Below, in pieces: positions 22,312-37,000 of a stretch of DNA of 64,000 nucleotides. Both the position numbers and the translations under genes were made by a program. Below the pieces are notes generated by a model that worked only from the letters and a program-made list of their open reading frames with translations, had not been told where the DNA came from and did no database searches. This stretch comes from Podarcis tiliguerta. Taxonomy: Eukaryota. The stretch's first letter is position 1; every line of letters starts with the position of its first letter. Location: NCBI GenBank assembly GCA_965153285.1, contig OZ229121.1. One strand, 5' to 3'.

Positions 22312-22570
22312 CCATATTTTTTGCTCTATAAGTCTCACTTTTCCCCTCCTAAAAAGTAAGGGGAAATGTGTGTGCGTCTTATGGAGCGAATGCATGCTGC
22401 GCAGCTATCCCAGAAGCCAGAACAGCAAGAGGGATTGCTGCTTTCACTGCGTAGCGATCCCTCTTGCTGTTCTGGCTTCTGAGATTCAGAATATTTTTTT
22501 TCTTGTTTTCCTCCTCCAAAAACTAGGTGCGTCTTGTGGTCTGGTGCGTCTTATAGAGCAAAAAATACGG
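22312..22570. mobile_element. Tc2/pogo-type MITE with internal perfect hairpin
   Basis: CC(A/G)TATTTTTTGCTCTATAAG TIR, TA TSD. Confidence 0.85.
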
Positions 22571-24877
22571 TAAATGAAAGGAAGGAAAAACTGGAAATGT
22601 TTGGGGAACTCAATCTTTGCAAGTCTGGAATTTATAATGACCCAACTGCACCACAACTGGCTGCCAGGGCCCAATCCACCAAGCTAAGCAAATATTTACA
22701 AGGATAAGGAGGGTGTTCTTAAGCAACCAAAATTACAAGTGATTGTGTCTGGCAGCTGACAAGCATTCCTAGAACTGACAGGCTGAAAATAGATGGCAGG
22801 CATCTTAAGAGCGAAGGGCTGGAGAGGGAAGTTAAGCTATGTAAACTCTCGCTCAACTTTAAAACAAAACAACAGCAACAACAATATATTAACCATTTTT
22901 AAAAAACCATTTGCACTCTCAACCTCTGTTCAGCTCCCTTCTCGTATCCCTGCAAAGGAATACGCCCGAGAACTGTGTCATATTTTATAAATTATCAGTA
23001 CACTTTCCTGGGGGGTAAAGAAGAAGTTAACTATGCCTTATCATAACAGCGCTCACCAAGGCAGGCATGCAGTTCGTAATAAATGGCTCTGTCTTGTGGT
23101 GAGACCACACACAAGAAGGAGGCGACGGCAGCAGGCCAGTATGAATGGACGCCGGGAAGAAGAAGGGACTCTGAGACGGGCCTCTTGGGAAGTGCAAGGC
23201 CAGCTCCTACGATACTTTCCCTCTCCTTTTCCACTGTGCTCTCTTCACCCATATACATCAGTGTCCTACAGGAAGGACTGTTTGCAACAGCTTGTGACAA
23301 AGCAATGAGAAGAAAAATGGTCAGAGCAGCTAATATTCTCTTCCCCGGGGATCTTGTGTGAAACTTCAAGGGATTATGGGAGCCCCATTACTTGGAAGGG
23401 AAACTTTCCTGAACAAACTGTAGGCTGAGCCAAACACAATATGCACAGCAGAGGGCAGAGCCGCCCTACAAGGGGCGGAAACAGCTGATGATCTGACACC
23501 CATATATTGCAAGCCCAGACTTTTGTGGAGCTGGACTGACCCTAAAGGAAAATGCATGTAGTCAGGGGGTGTGTTCGTGTACTCCAAAATCCAGGCTACA
23601 ACCCTATCTGGGCAGAGATAACCAGGTAAGCACCTGGATAGATTACTGTGAGGAGTTACACATACTTTGTAAGCTCCAGGTGGCCCTCAAAAAGGACAGC
23701 AAGATCATTAATGGGGACTGGAAGATATGAACATACAACACCAGCGCTTTGTCATCTGTGCTAGCTTCCTATCTATCTCCAGGCCCAATTCAATGTGCTA
23801 GTCCTAAATGGCTTCGGCACAGGTTACCAACTTATTCCTGAAGACCTACCCAGACCTTAAGATATTCATCAGAGGCCCATCACCAGGTTTCCCTGTCTAA
23901 AGAGGTGAGGCAGGTACCCAGTATGAAAAGAGTGTTTCCCATTGTGGTACATTCCTTGTGGAACGCTCTGCACACAGAGGTTTAGTGCCAAGTGATTAGC
24001 TTTTTAATCTCCTAGGTCTTTTACCATTATGTTTCAGTGTATTTTAGTACTCAGCGCACATTATTTTAAACTGGATTTTAGTACAGTTTTAGAATGATTT
24101 TATCCTACTTGTGTTGGTTTTATATGGATAGTTCTACTAAGTTTATTTACTTAAAAAAATAATGGTTTAATGGGTGGTATATGCATGCCTAAATAAACAA
24201 ACAAATAGACTAGTTAGAAAACTATTGTTTTTTTCTCTTTGCATGATGTTATCTTAAAGAAATTGACATTTGTAGACCGCCACTCTTCTGAAATCTTCCT
24301 CATAGCACTTCTTTGAGGATAACAAAGCCAGATTTAATATCAAGGCTGTGTGTGTGCTCTTACGCTTCAAGAAAATACATCACAATTTTGCAATAGCTTA
24401 ATGCAAATTCTGGTAAGAAATGTTCTGTGACCCACACAAAGCACAAAAAACAGCAAATTTGAAGATATTGGCATAGTTTAGTTCTTAGAAGAGGTGAGGA
24501 TCATCGCCTGAAAAACAAAAATCTTCCTGAGACTCATCCAGCTTTGAGGGTTTAACTATCTATTGCCCAAACAAACTCCCCACAAACATACTGCAAGCCT
24601 AGTTTAGTAGATTAAGGCTACTGTTTGCACCCATGTTTGCTTTCAGCAACATGAAAAACCTGGTTTCAGTCATTCAAGTTTCTCACTATAGTTGGGTTGC
24701 AGTCAAGTGAAGGATTACAGAATTCGGAAGGAAACATTGCTGCTTCTCAAGTCATTTCAGTGGAGCCTACAAAGGATACACAATATAAGTCCCTTTGAAC
24801 TAAATCACAACTGAAAGAGTTGCTTAGCAGTGGATTGGGCCACTGGCTGGGTGGTGTTGTTGTTTAAGCCACCACTA

Positions 24878-25102
<225 letters not shown>

Positions 25103-26261
25103 CTAGAAAGAACAGAAGGAATCATAAGATCAGCCAATTTCTGTGCAGCGTAGCTGAATCCATATAAATAATGAAGGGTGGAGAGATCCTGCTACAAGCA
25201 ATTTCTATTAGCAATCGGAATTGCAGTGAAATTTGCTGCTGGGAATGCTCTTGGTGTAATCATTCAAAAATGAAAGCTGCCATCTGTCAATAAGGCAAAA
25301 TAATTTTCAGCCTTTCCAAATACCATTGCCATTTTTCTTTCCCTTTAATTATACAACGTTTATAACCCGGGATTTAAATACGTGGAACTGGAACACTGGT
25401 TTCCATATCTAGGAAAAGGACTATGTCTGGTGGCATATGATGTCAGCACCATGGCTGTGCTCGTGTGTCAAGAAAAGTCATAGTTAATTGTTGTGAATAC
25501 GCAGAGCACACCAGCTTCCTGGCCCTGTGCTACGAGCAGAAGCAAGAAAACTTGGCTCAGTATTAGGTTCAAACTGGGTATCAAACAAACCATGGCTGGT
25601 AAGCCAAGAACATACACAGATTGTCCTTTATTTGGAGCAAAACAAACCACAACTATCAGCTTGGACATAACACTCAGCCACGGTTTGTTGGTCCTGCTCA
25701 CTAGCAGGGAGGGGCGTATCAGGAGCAAACTGCTAAATCATGGCTTGCTATGACATGCAAAATGTAGTCAATGTGAGATCTTTTCATATTCTATTGTTTT
25801 AGCAAATTAGTTCAAAATAGTTTATCTTGTCTATACATGGGAAGAGTTTCAGCGCTCTGTCAAAAATCAGTGTTATGAACAGATGAGCCATCTGTTATGA
25901 AAAACTAATGAGCCATCTTTTGCAAAATTATAAAACTCTGGATTAAAAAACCCCCAACACATATGGTATTGGAGAGTGATTTCTTTATCTCAGCGCGCAA
26001 AGTTCAACAGTTGTGAAACGTTTGCCTATCAAGAAAATGAAAGTTGTGATGTTTACTTAATGCATGCAATACTATTCCATGTAGCGAATTTCACTCGGTT
26101 TAGCTTTAGAACATCCGAAAATTATTCAGGCTCTTCCAGCCTCAAATAAAGAACAGATCTGTAATGCACCTGGACTCTTCAAGCTGCCTGCACCTGTGAA
26201 ATGTAGAATCAAACATATCCCAAGTGTGCCCCTGCTACTGGAAGAAACCCTTCTTGTGTTT

Positions 26262-26269
26262 TATCAATC

Positions 26270-26302
<33 letters not shown>
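26262..26302. repeat. (ATCA)n microsatellite (same length at +7748)
   Basis: direct reading. Confidence 0.9.
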
Positions 26303-26303
<1 letters not shown>

Positions 26304-29300
26304 GGCCTGTCCTAAGCACTGTGGACATAAAAGAAAATGACATTGTTTTAGAACAGGAAATGAACCTTTCACTTGCACAGTGCAGCTAAGAAAGTGGGAC
26401 AAAGAGGAATGTCTGCAAGAGAGCCCAGCAACTGAGGGTTCCTGGTTGCAAGAAGAAGGGATTGGGGAGAGGTTCAGTTCAGCTTGCATTTCAAGGAGAT
26501 TCTGCCTAAGCTGCAGTTTGTGAAACAGTACGCAACGGAAGCCCTATCTTCCTTCAAAATTCAGACTACTCTGAAATTTGCAATGTGCTTCTCCAGCCAG
26601 GTAATGTGTTGACAAGTGTGCTGACTTTCCGGGAAAGTTGGGTGGAACAAACACACCCAGGAAACATGTGAACACTGGAACAGGGGTTGACATGTTAAGT
26701 ACCGGTACCTCCTTCTCCCCATTTAAAGCCTTTGTGCCGTCTTTCGAAGGCTTAAATGGGGCTACTGAAAGGCTAGGAAGGTCACGAGACTTGCTGTTGC
26801 TAGATCCACGTCTATTTAAAACGGGTTTAGAATCTGGGCATTCTCCTACAAGAACTGGCACAGGAGAGTGCAAAAGACTGGTACCAACTTGATGAATGGG
26901 ATAACTTGAAAACGAGGCAGAGAAACTCAAAAAGTTCTGATGAACGGTATAGGTAAATTCCAGGTCCTGGAGGAGTCAGACAAACAGGAAGAGGATCACA
27001 CAAGCATCTTCCCAGCAGCTGAGCCTGGACTCATTTGCTGACAGAAACAAGGCACTCTGTGACCATGCGAAGGAAATGCTTTTGCTTGGGCAGGATAATA
27101 ACAGGAGGCAGAAGGAAATGTCCCCACAAAACATTTCCTTTAGGAGGCACGATCCAAGAGGAACCTTTCCCACGCATGTTGTGCAGAGATGAATTTTGAT
27201 GCTGAGACTTGCCCTAGGACATTCTGCGGCATAAAGGGGTTAACAGTCACCGCTTTGCTCATGGAAACATTTCCTCCTCCTACCAGTGAGTCTGCATCCT
27301 TAAGATTTATTTTGGATCATCCTCAAGGACCTCGGTGAAATACTGTAGGTGGGGGTGGGGAATAATATCAAGATGTGCAGCCATTCAGGTTGTAATTAAA
27401 TTTAATAGGCAGTTTATCCACTTCCATAGGGGGGGAAATGGCAGCGGAGAGCAGAGCCTAGAGCAGGAAATCATTTTACAATAGGGTATCCATCTGGAAA
27501 GAAGACGTTGCATGAAATCAGCTAGTGTGAACAAAATCTTGACCGGGATCTTATGAGCTCGGTTTATCATGCTCCTCCACCCACCATCCCTGAGCCAGGG
27601 AAGTTTTGACAGAGATGCTTTTGAGCGGATGCCCGGCAGCCTTAACAAAATGCAAATCTGATTTGGCGATTATGCAAGCTGGAGAGAAGAGGTTAGTCAA
27701 TAAAGCGCCACGTTCACTTCTTGCTGTTTTATTGCACTGCTTTGCTGTGTTCAAGAGGGACCCAAAATAGCTGTGCCTCACCTTACGAATGCTGAAACCA
27801 GAAAGCGCTGCAACAACATTTTGTTCAGTAATCAGAGCTGCTAAAAAGCACCACTTGGAAAAACAAGCACATTTGTAGTCATTCCCCTCGATATGTAAAT
27901 ATAAAACTGAGTCAGCATTGATATGCAGGCCGAAAGATAAAATATGGAATTAATATAAAAGAAGGTTAGAAGCGGAAATTCCAGGATTCGCTCTCCATGG
28001 GTTCTGAGAAGTATCAAACCGGTGGAGTTTTGTTGAATGTTTTACAACAGCATGATTTCCGAGTGTGGTTTTTTTCCAAGAGTCTTCATGCATGCAGCTT
28101 AAGGACCACATTTCCCATAGTTCTGCAACAGAGGACATATGGTGGAATAATACTATAAGGCCCCCTAGTGACATTTTTATCAGCAGAAAAGCCCAGCCAT
28201 GCTGTAAAATCCAAACACATGGCCATTTTTAAATTTTATTTATTTTTATTTTTCTTCCAAATTGATCCCCTTTGGTGTTTTTTTGGGTTTTTTTTGCAGC
28301 AATCTGCTGCATCTCTGACTAAGAATATAGAATAAGACATTTGTGGAGAGACTGATATAGTTGCAGAGGGGTGAGGACCCACCCTTTTTTGTTCCTCAAT
28401 TCTGTTCAACCTATTGAACACAATTTCTCTTTTGGTTTGGTTGGGAGAGGCCTGAGCCATTGAAATGAATGCAGACCTCCTCTAGTCAGCCTATTGGGGG
28501 GGTCTCAGCAAACCCTCATTTGTTCTTGACCACTTTGGAGTACAAAACGACAGTTTGCAAGCGCAAAGCAGATGGGCCGGATTAAACGGGCAGCTCACGA
28601 ATTTGGGAGGTGACTACCTTATCAAAAGCAACAGCACGCTATTTTTTGTTCAACAGGGAGCAAAACATTCCGTGCAGATTTCTATGCCAAATAAAGCTTA
28701 TGAAACATACCATCTTTCCTCATGAAAATACCTCAGAAATTTAAAATGAGGGAACTGTCCAATTAATTAATATTATCATCATTATTATTTCTATACGGCA
28801 AATTCATATTAAAATCTATGTGGTGTGCAGAATCTGGGTTAAAACAAAAACAAGTTATCAATATGGTATGGTACTACTATATTATCCAATATAATATGAA
28901 GACTGGTCTCGGAATACAAAGCAATCCCCATCAGGGGAAATGTGTTCATTTCTCTTGATAGTCCTAGCAGGAATAAGCAGACTTTTTTCTACACGGCAGA
29001 GATTTATAACTCACTCTTCACTTTCCTCTTGCATGTCCTCTAAGAACCTTGTGGTTCTTCTTCTCTCCGTAGGCCTCTGTTTTAATGATTCCCACTCTGC
29101 TATCATTGATAATTTCAAAATCTTTAGATTTTTGTTTTATTAAATGGATATTTTTTTTGCCCCATCACCTGGTATGTGGCTCCCTCCTGCTCTCATGCAT
29201 AGCACTACACAACCTGGATCATACCAACAAAAAAAGAAAGAAAGGCTTTTGGTATGAAAAGGGTTCTGCTCTACTGCATGGGGCTCCATTAAATACTTCC

Positions 29301-29381
29301 TGGTCCCTTCCAGATCAATTAACTTCTGTGATTCTGACAGCCCACCAGACCCCTCTAGTCTTCATTACACACATCTCTTAC

Positions 29382-29542
29382 CGTAGTGTATTTGCCCAGC
29401 TGGCAGAGAGAAGGGAAGGTTTCCTGGTGAGATTTTCTGATTTTCTCTGTGAGGTCATCCAACTCTGCCGTCATTTCGTAATTCTCCATAAACTCTTGCT
29501 TTAAAGGCTCCTTCTTCTTTTTGTTCCTGTCATTTCTGACAG
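29382..29542 (-). CDS. RARB: RARB hinge/helix-1 exon ([53 protein letters not shown]), copy in first duplicate block
   Basis: cccAG acceptor, ACG|GTAAG donor; 161 nt, phase 1-0. Confidence 0.95.
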
Positions 29543-29683
29543 CTGGGAAGGGGGCAAGAAGGGAGGCAGTTCAAGTATGGCACACTAACCAAAGTCCAAC
29601 AGCTCTTGGATACAGCAGCAAACAAGCAAAACACACTGAGAGCACCAAAACACCACTAAGGAGCAATAAAATACAACGGGGGG

Positions 29684-30408
29684 TATAGGAAGCTGTCTTC
29701 TACCGAGTAAGATCACTGGTCCTTCTAGCTCAGGATCACCTAAACCAGGGTGGCTAACCTGCACCCATCCAGGTGTTGTTGGACTACAACTCCCAGCAGC
29801 CCTCAGGCAGCATGGCCAATGGTGGGGGCTGATGGGAACTGGAGTCTCACAAGACCAAGCCTTATGAGGAACAGTTGAAGGAGCTGGGTATGTTTAGCCT
29901 GGAAAAGAGGAGATATGATAGCCATCTTCAAATATCTCAAGGGCTGTCACGTGGAAGAGGGAACAAGCTTGTTTTCTCCTGCTCTGGAGGGTAGGACTTG
30001 GACCAATGGCTTCAAAGGACCAAAGGAGCTTCCGACTAAACATCAGGAAAAGCTTTCTGGCAGTAAGAGCTGTTCGACAGTGGGACGGTCTCGCTCGGGA
30101 GGTTGTGGACTCTCCTTCCCTGGAGGTTTTGAAGCAGAGGTTGGATGGCCATCTGCCATGGATGCTTTAGGTAAGATTCCTGCATTGTAGGGGGTTTATG
30201 ACCCTTGGGGTTCCTTCCAACCATAACATTGTATGATTCTAAGGTCTAGAGAACCACAGGTTAGCCACTCTCAGACTATGCAAACTGGCCATGGCTCAAC
30301 AGGATTGCAGGCAGGAGTCTTTACCCAGGTCTACCTAGAGATGCTGGGGATTTGATCTGGGATCGTTTGCACACAAAGTATGAGTTCTACCATTGAGCTG
30401 AAGCATCC
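29684..30408 (-). mobile_element. nested cluster: Squam3-like SINE containing a hAT MITE (about 29746-30270) containing a CR1 fragment (about 29857-30241); repeated at +7748
   Basis: reverse tRNA head at 30340-30408 and ataggaagctg tail at 29684; ggactacaactccc MITE; CR1 IAIFKYLKGCHVEEG and gattcta tail. Confidence 0.75.
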
Positions 30409-31246
30409 CACCCCACAACCCCCAATAATAATAATAATAATAATACCCTTCATAGTAAATTAACCCAGACTGACATTTTACGGTAAGGTTGTTTCTAATA
30501 CAGTGCAAAGATCTCTCTTCAGTTATTTATAGGCAAACTGCGTGCAACACACGTGATATTACAATATTCATCATTGGCACTGGCCATGGAATCACTTCGT
30601 GCTATAAACAAAGGTGTGTGTACCTCTAAGTCGCCTCCTCTTGGAAACTGCATTTCAATATGTTTTGCTGCAATTTCCATTTCTATATAGGATCATGATG
30701 CTTGGTGACCAATTATCAGTAGATTAACACCAAGATACCAAACTTAGTAGTACCACAGGGACAAAAACATTCTAAGTATGGAGTGGATTGAAATTGTGGT
30801 TAGGGTAATATATGCATGGGCTGAGGCACTCTGGGGGGATAAACTAAATTAACCAGGTGAGCTCTAAAGGGAATAGCGCTACATCTACACTCTGATGGAG
30901 GACTAAGCCAACCGTTAATACAATACAAGTGGACACCATAAAAATAGCATGTGCAAGTCTACTACTGTAATTCTCAACACTGGAAAAAATATTGCTATGA
31001 ATAATTTCATGCTAGACTGAGTATAGTACTGGAATTGCACCCCTTTCCTTTTAAAATCTGTGAATCTATGTGCAAACTGCATCAGTTTGCAAACTACAGC
31101 TTTTATAATATTTATTTCAATAGATAAGCAGAATGAAAAAAGTTGGTAAAATAACTTCTCTGAGAGATGACCCCTCATGCTTTTAACATAACGAAATGTT
31201 ATTTTTATGCAATACCTGAGTCAGATTTTTCATGTTCAAAATTGCA

Positions 31247-31446
31247 NNNNNNNNNNNNNNNNNNNNNNNNNNNNNNNNNNNNNNNNNNNNNNNNNNNNNN
31301 NNNNNNNNNNNNNNNNNNNNNNNNNNNNNNNNNNNNNNNNNNNNNNNNNNNNNNNNNNNNNNNNNNNNNNNNNNNNNNNNNNNNNNNNNNNNNNNNNNNN
31401 NNNNNNNNNNNNNNNNNNNNNNNNNNNNNNNNNNNNNNNNNNNNNN
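31247..31446. other. assembly gap (200 N, round-number scaffold gap)
   Basis: run of exactly 200 N. Confidence 0.99.
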
Positions 31447-32625
31447 GCAAGATCATTAATGGGGACTGGAAGATATGAACATACAACACCAGCGCTTTGT
31501 CATCTGTGCTAGCTTCCTATCTATCTCCAGGCCCAATTCAATGTGCTAGTCCTAAATGGCTTCGGCACAGGTTACCAACTTATTCCTGAAGACCTACCCA
31601 GACCTTAAGATATTCATCAGAGGCCCATCACCAGGTTTCCCTGTCTAAAGAGGTGAGGCAGGTACCCAGTATGAAAAGAGTGTTTCCCATTGTGGTACAT
31701 TCCTTGTGGAACGCTCTGCACACAGAGGTTTAGTGCCAAGTGATTAGCTTTTTAATCTCCTAGGTCTTTTACCATTATGTTTCAGTGTATTTTAGTACTC
31801 AGCGCACATTATTTTAAACTGGATTTTAGTACAGTTTTAGAATGATTTTATCCTACTTGTGTTGGTTTTATATGGATAGTTCTACTAAGTTTATTTACTT
31901 AAAAAAATAATGGTTTAATGGGTGGTATATGCATGCCTAAATAAACAAACAAATAGACTAGTTAGAAAACTATTGTTTTTTTCTCTTTGCATGATGTTAT
32001 CTTAAAGAAATTGACATTTGTAGACCGCCACTCTTCTGAAATCTTCCTCATAGCACTTCTTTGAGGATAACAAAGCCAGATTTAATATCAAGGCTGTGTG
32101 TGTGCTCTTACGCTTCAAGAAAATACATCACAATTTTGCAATAGCTTAATGCAAATTCTGGTAAGAAATGTTCTGTGACCCACACAAAGCACAAAAAACA
32201 GCAAATTTGAAGATATTGGCATAGTTTAGTTCTTAGAAGAGGTGAGGATCATCGCCTGAAAAACAAAAATCTTCCTGAGACTCATCCAGCTTTGAGGGTT
32301 TAACTATCTATTGCCCAAACAAACTCCCCACAAACATACTGCAAGCCTAGTTTAGTAGATTAAGGCTACTGTTTGCACCCATGTTTGCTTTCAGCAACAT
32401 GAAAAACCTGGTTTCAGTCATTCAAGTTTCTCACTATAGTTGGGTTGCAGTCAAGTGAAGGATTACAGAATTCGGAAGGAAACATTGCTGCTTCTCAAGT
32501 CATTTCAGTGGAGCCTACAAAGGATACACAATATAAGTCCCTTTGAACTAAATCACAACTGAAAGAGTTGCTTAGCAGTGGATTGGGCCACTGGCTGGGT
32601 GGTGTTGTTGTTTAAGCCACCACTA

Positions 32626-32850
<225 letters not shown>

Positions 32851-34017
32851 CTAGAAAGAACAGAAGGAATCATAAGATCAGCCAATTTCTGTGCAGCGTA
32901 GCTGAATCCATATAAATAATGAAGGGTGGAGAGATCCTGCTACAAGCAATTTCTATTAGCAATCGGAATTGCAGTGAAATTTGCTGCTGGGAATGCTCTT
33001 GGTGTAATCATTCAAAAATGAAAGCTGCCATCTGTCAATAAGGCAAAATAATTTTCAGCCTTTCCAAATACCATTGCCATTTTTCTTTCCCTTTAATTAT
33101 ACAACGTTTATAACCCGGGATTTAAATACGTGGAACTGGAACACTGGTTTCCATATCTAGGAAAAGGACTATGTCTGGTGGCATATGATGTCAGCACCAT
33201 GGCTGTGCTCGTGTGTCAAGAAAAGTCATAGTTAATTGTTGTGAATACGCAGAGCACACCAGCTTCCTGGCCCTGTGCTACGAGCAGAAGCAAGAAAACT
33301 TGGCTCAGTATTAGGTTCAAACTGGGTATCAAACAAACCATGGCTGGTAAGCCAAGAACATACACAGATTGTCCTTTATTTGGAGCAAAACAAACCACAA
33401 CTATCAGCTTGGACATAACACTCAGCCACGGTTTGTTGGTCCTGCTCACTAGCAGGGAGGGGCGTATCAGGAGCAAACTGCTAAATCATGGCTTGCTATG
33501 ACATGCAAAATGTAGTCAATGTGAGATCTTTTCATATTCTATTGTTTTAGCAAATTAGTTCAAAATAGTTTATCTTGTCTATACATGGGAAGAGTTTCAG
33601 CGCTCTGTCAAAAATCAGTGTTATGAACAGATGAGCCATCTGTTATGAAAAACTAATGAGCCATCTTTTGCAAAATTATAAAACTCTGGATTAAAAAACC
33701 CCCAACACATATGGTATTGGAGAGTGATTTCTTTATCTCAGCGCGCAAAGTTCAACAGTTGTGAAACGTTTGCCTATCAAGAAAATGAAAGTTGTGATGT
33801 TTACTTAATGCATGCAATACTATTCCATGTAGCGAATTTCACTCGGTTTAGCTTTAGAACATCCGAAAATTATTCAGGCTCTTCCAGCCTCAAATAAAGA
33901 ACAGATCTGTAATGCACCTGGACTCTTCAAGCTGCCTGCACCTGTGAAATGTAGAATCAAACATATCCCAAGTGTGCCCCTGCTACTGGAAGAAACCCTT
34001 CTTGTGTTTTATCAATC

Positions 34018-34051
<34 letters not shown>

Positions 34052-37000
34052 GGCCTGTCCTAAGCACTGTGGACATAAAAGAAAATGACATTGTTTTAGA
34101 ACAGGAAATGAACCTTTCACTTGCACAGTGCAGCTAAGAAAGTGGGACAAAGAGGAATGTCTGCAAGAGAGCCCAGCAACTGAGGGTTCCTGGTTGCAAG
34201 AAGAAGGGATTGGGGAGAGGTTCAGTTCAGCTTGCATTTCAAGGAGATTCTGCCTAAGCTGCAGTTTGTGAAACAGTACGCAACGGAAGCCCTATCTTCC
34301 TTCAAAATTCAGACTACTCTGAAATTTGCAATGTGCTTCTCCAGCCAGGTAATGTGTTGACAAGTGTGCTGACTTTCCGGGAAAGTTGGGTGGAACAAAC
34401 ACACCCAGGAAACATGTGAACACTGGAACAGGGGTTGACATGTTAAGTACCGGTACCTCCTTCTCCCCATTTAAAGCCTTTGTGCCGTCTTTCGAAGGCT
34501 TAAATGGGGCTACTGAAAGGCTAGGAAGGTCACGAGACTTGCTGTTGCTAGATCCACGTCTATTTAAAACGGGTTTAGAATCTGGGCATTCTCCTACAAG
34601 AACTGGCACAGGAGAGTGCAAAAGACTGGTACCAACTTGATGAATGGGATAACTTGAAAACGAGGCAGAGAAACTCAAAAAGTTCTGATGAACGGTATAG
34701 GTAAATTCCAGGTCCTGGAGGAGTCAGACAAACAGGAAGAGGATCACACAAGCATCTTCCCAGCAGCTGAGCCTGGACTCATTTGCTGACAGAAACAAGG
34801 CACTCTGTGACCATGCGAAGGAAATGCTTTTGCTTGGGCAGGATAATAACAGGAGGCAGAAGGAAATGTCCCCACAAAACATTTCCTTTAGGAGGCACGA
34901 TCCAAGAGGAACCTTTCCCACGCATGTTGTGCAGAGATGAATTTTGATGCTGAGACTTGCCCTAGGACATTCTGCGGCATAAAGGGGTTAACAGTCACCG
35001 CTTTGCTCATGGAAACATTTCCTCCTCCTACCAGTGAGTCTGCATCCTTAAGATTTATTTTGGATCATCCTCAAGGACCTCGGTGAAATACTGTAGGTGG
35101 GGGTGGGGAATAATATCAAGATGTGCAGCCATTCAGGTTGTAATTAAATTTAATAGGCAGTTTATCCACTTCCATAGGGGGGGAAATGGCAGCGGAGAGC
35201 AGAGCCTAGAGCAGGAAATCATTTTACAATAGGGTATCCATCTGGAAAGAAGACGTTGCATGAAATCAGCTAGTGTGAACAAAATCTTGACCGGGATCTT
35301 ATGAGCTCGGTTTATCATGCTCCTCCACCCACCATCCCTGAGCCAGGGAAGTTTTGACAGAGATGCTTTTGAGCGGATGCCCGGCAGCCTTAACAAAATG
35401 CAAATCTGATTTGGCGATTATGCAAGCTGGAGAGAAGAGGTTAGTCAATAAAGCGCCACGTTCACTTCTTGCTGTTTTATTGCACTGCTTTGCTGTGTTC
35501 AAGAGGGACCCAAAATAGCTGTGCCTCACCTTACGAATGCTGAAACCAGAAAGCGCTGCAACAACATTTTGTTCAGTAATCAGAGCTGCTAAAAAGCACC
35601 ACTTGGAAAAACAAGCACATTTGTAGTCATTCCCCTCGATATGTAAATATAAAACTGAGTCAGCATTGATATGCAGGCCGAAAGATAAAATATGGAATTA
35701 ATATAAAAGAAGGTTAGAAGCGGAAATTCCAGGATTCGCTCTCCATGGGTTCTGAGAAGTATCAAACCGGTGGAGTTTTGTTGAATGTTTTACAACAGCA
35801 TGATTTCCGAGTGTGGTTTTTTTCCAAGAGTCTTCATGCATGCAGCTTAAGGACCACATTTCCCATAGTTCTGCAACAGAGGACATATGGTGGAATAATA
35901 CTATAAGGCCCCCTAGTGACATTTTTATCAGCAGAAAAGCCCAGCCATGCTGTAAAATCCAAACACATGGCCATTTTTAAATTTTATTTATTTTTATTTT
36001 TCTTCCAAATTGATCCCCTTTGGTGTTTTTTTGGGTTTTTTTTGCAGCAATCTGCTGCATCTCTGACTAAGAATATAGAATAAGACATTTGTGGAGAGAC
36101 TGATATAGTTGCAGAGGGGTGAGGACCCACCCTTTTTTGTTCCTCAATTCTGTTCAACCTATTGAACACAATTTCTCTTTTGGTTTGGTTGGGAGAGGCC
36201 TGAGCCATTGAAATGAATGCAGACCTCCTCTAGTCAGCCTATTGGGGGGGTCTCAGCAAACCCTCATTTGTTCTTGACCACTTTGGAGTACAAAACGACA
36301 GTTTGCAAGCGCAAAGCAGATGGGCCGGATTAAACGGGCAGCTCACGAATTTGGGAGGTGACTACCTTATCAAAAGCAACAGCACGCTATTTTTTGTTCA
36401 ACAGGGAGCAAAACATTCCGTGCAGATTTCTATGCCAAATAAAGCTTATGAAACATACCATCTTTCCTCATGAAAATACCTCAGAAATTTAAAATGAGGG
36501 AACTGTCCAATTAATTAATATTATCATCATTATTATTTCTATACGGCAAATTCATATTAAAATCTATGTGGTGTGCAGAATCTGGGTTAAAACAAAAACA
36601 AGTTATCAATATGGTATGGTACTACTATATTATCCAATATAATATGAAGACTGGTCTCGGAATACAAAGCAATCCCCATCAGGGGAAATGTGTTCATTTC
36701 TCTTGATAGTCCTAGCAGGAATAAGCAGACTTTTTTCTACACGGCAGAGATTTATAACTCACTCTTCACTTTCCTCTTGCATGTCCTCTAAGAACCTTGT
36801 GGTTCTTCTTCTCTCCGTAGGCCTCTGTTTTAATGATTCCCACTCTGCTATCATTGATAATTTCAAAATCTTTAGATTTTTGTTTTATTAAATGGATATT
36901 TTTTTTGCCCCATCACCTGGTATGTGGCTCCCTCCTGCTCTCATGCATAGCACTACACAACCTGGATCATACCAACAAAAAAAGAAAGAAAGGCTTTTGG

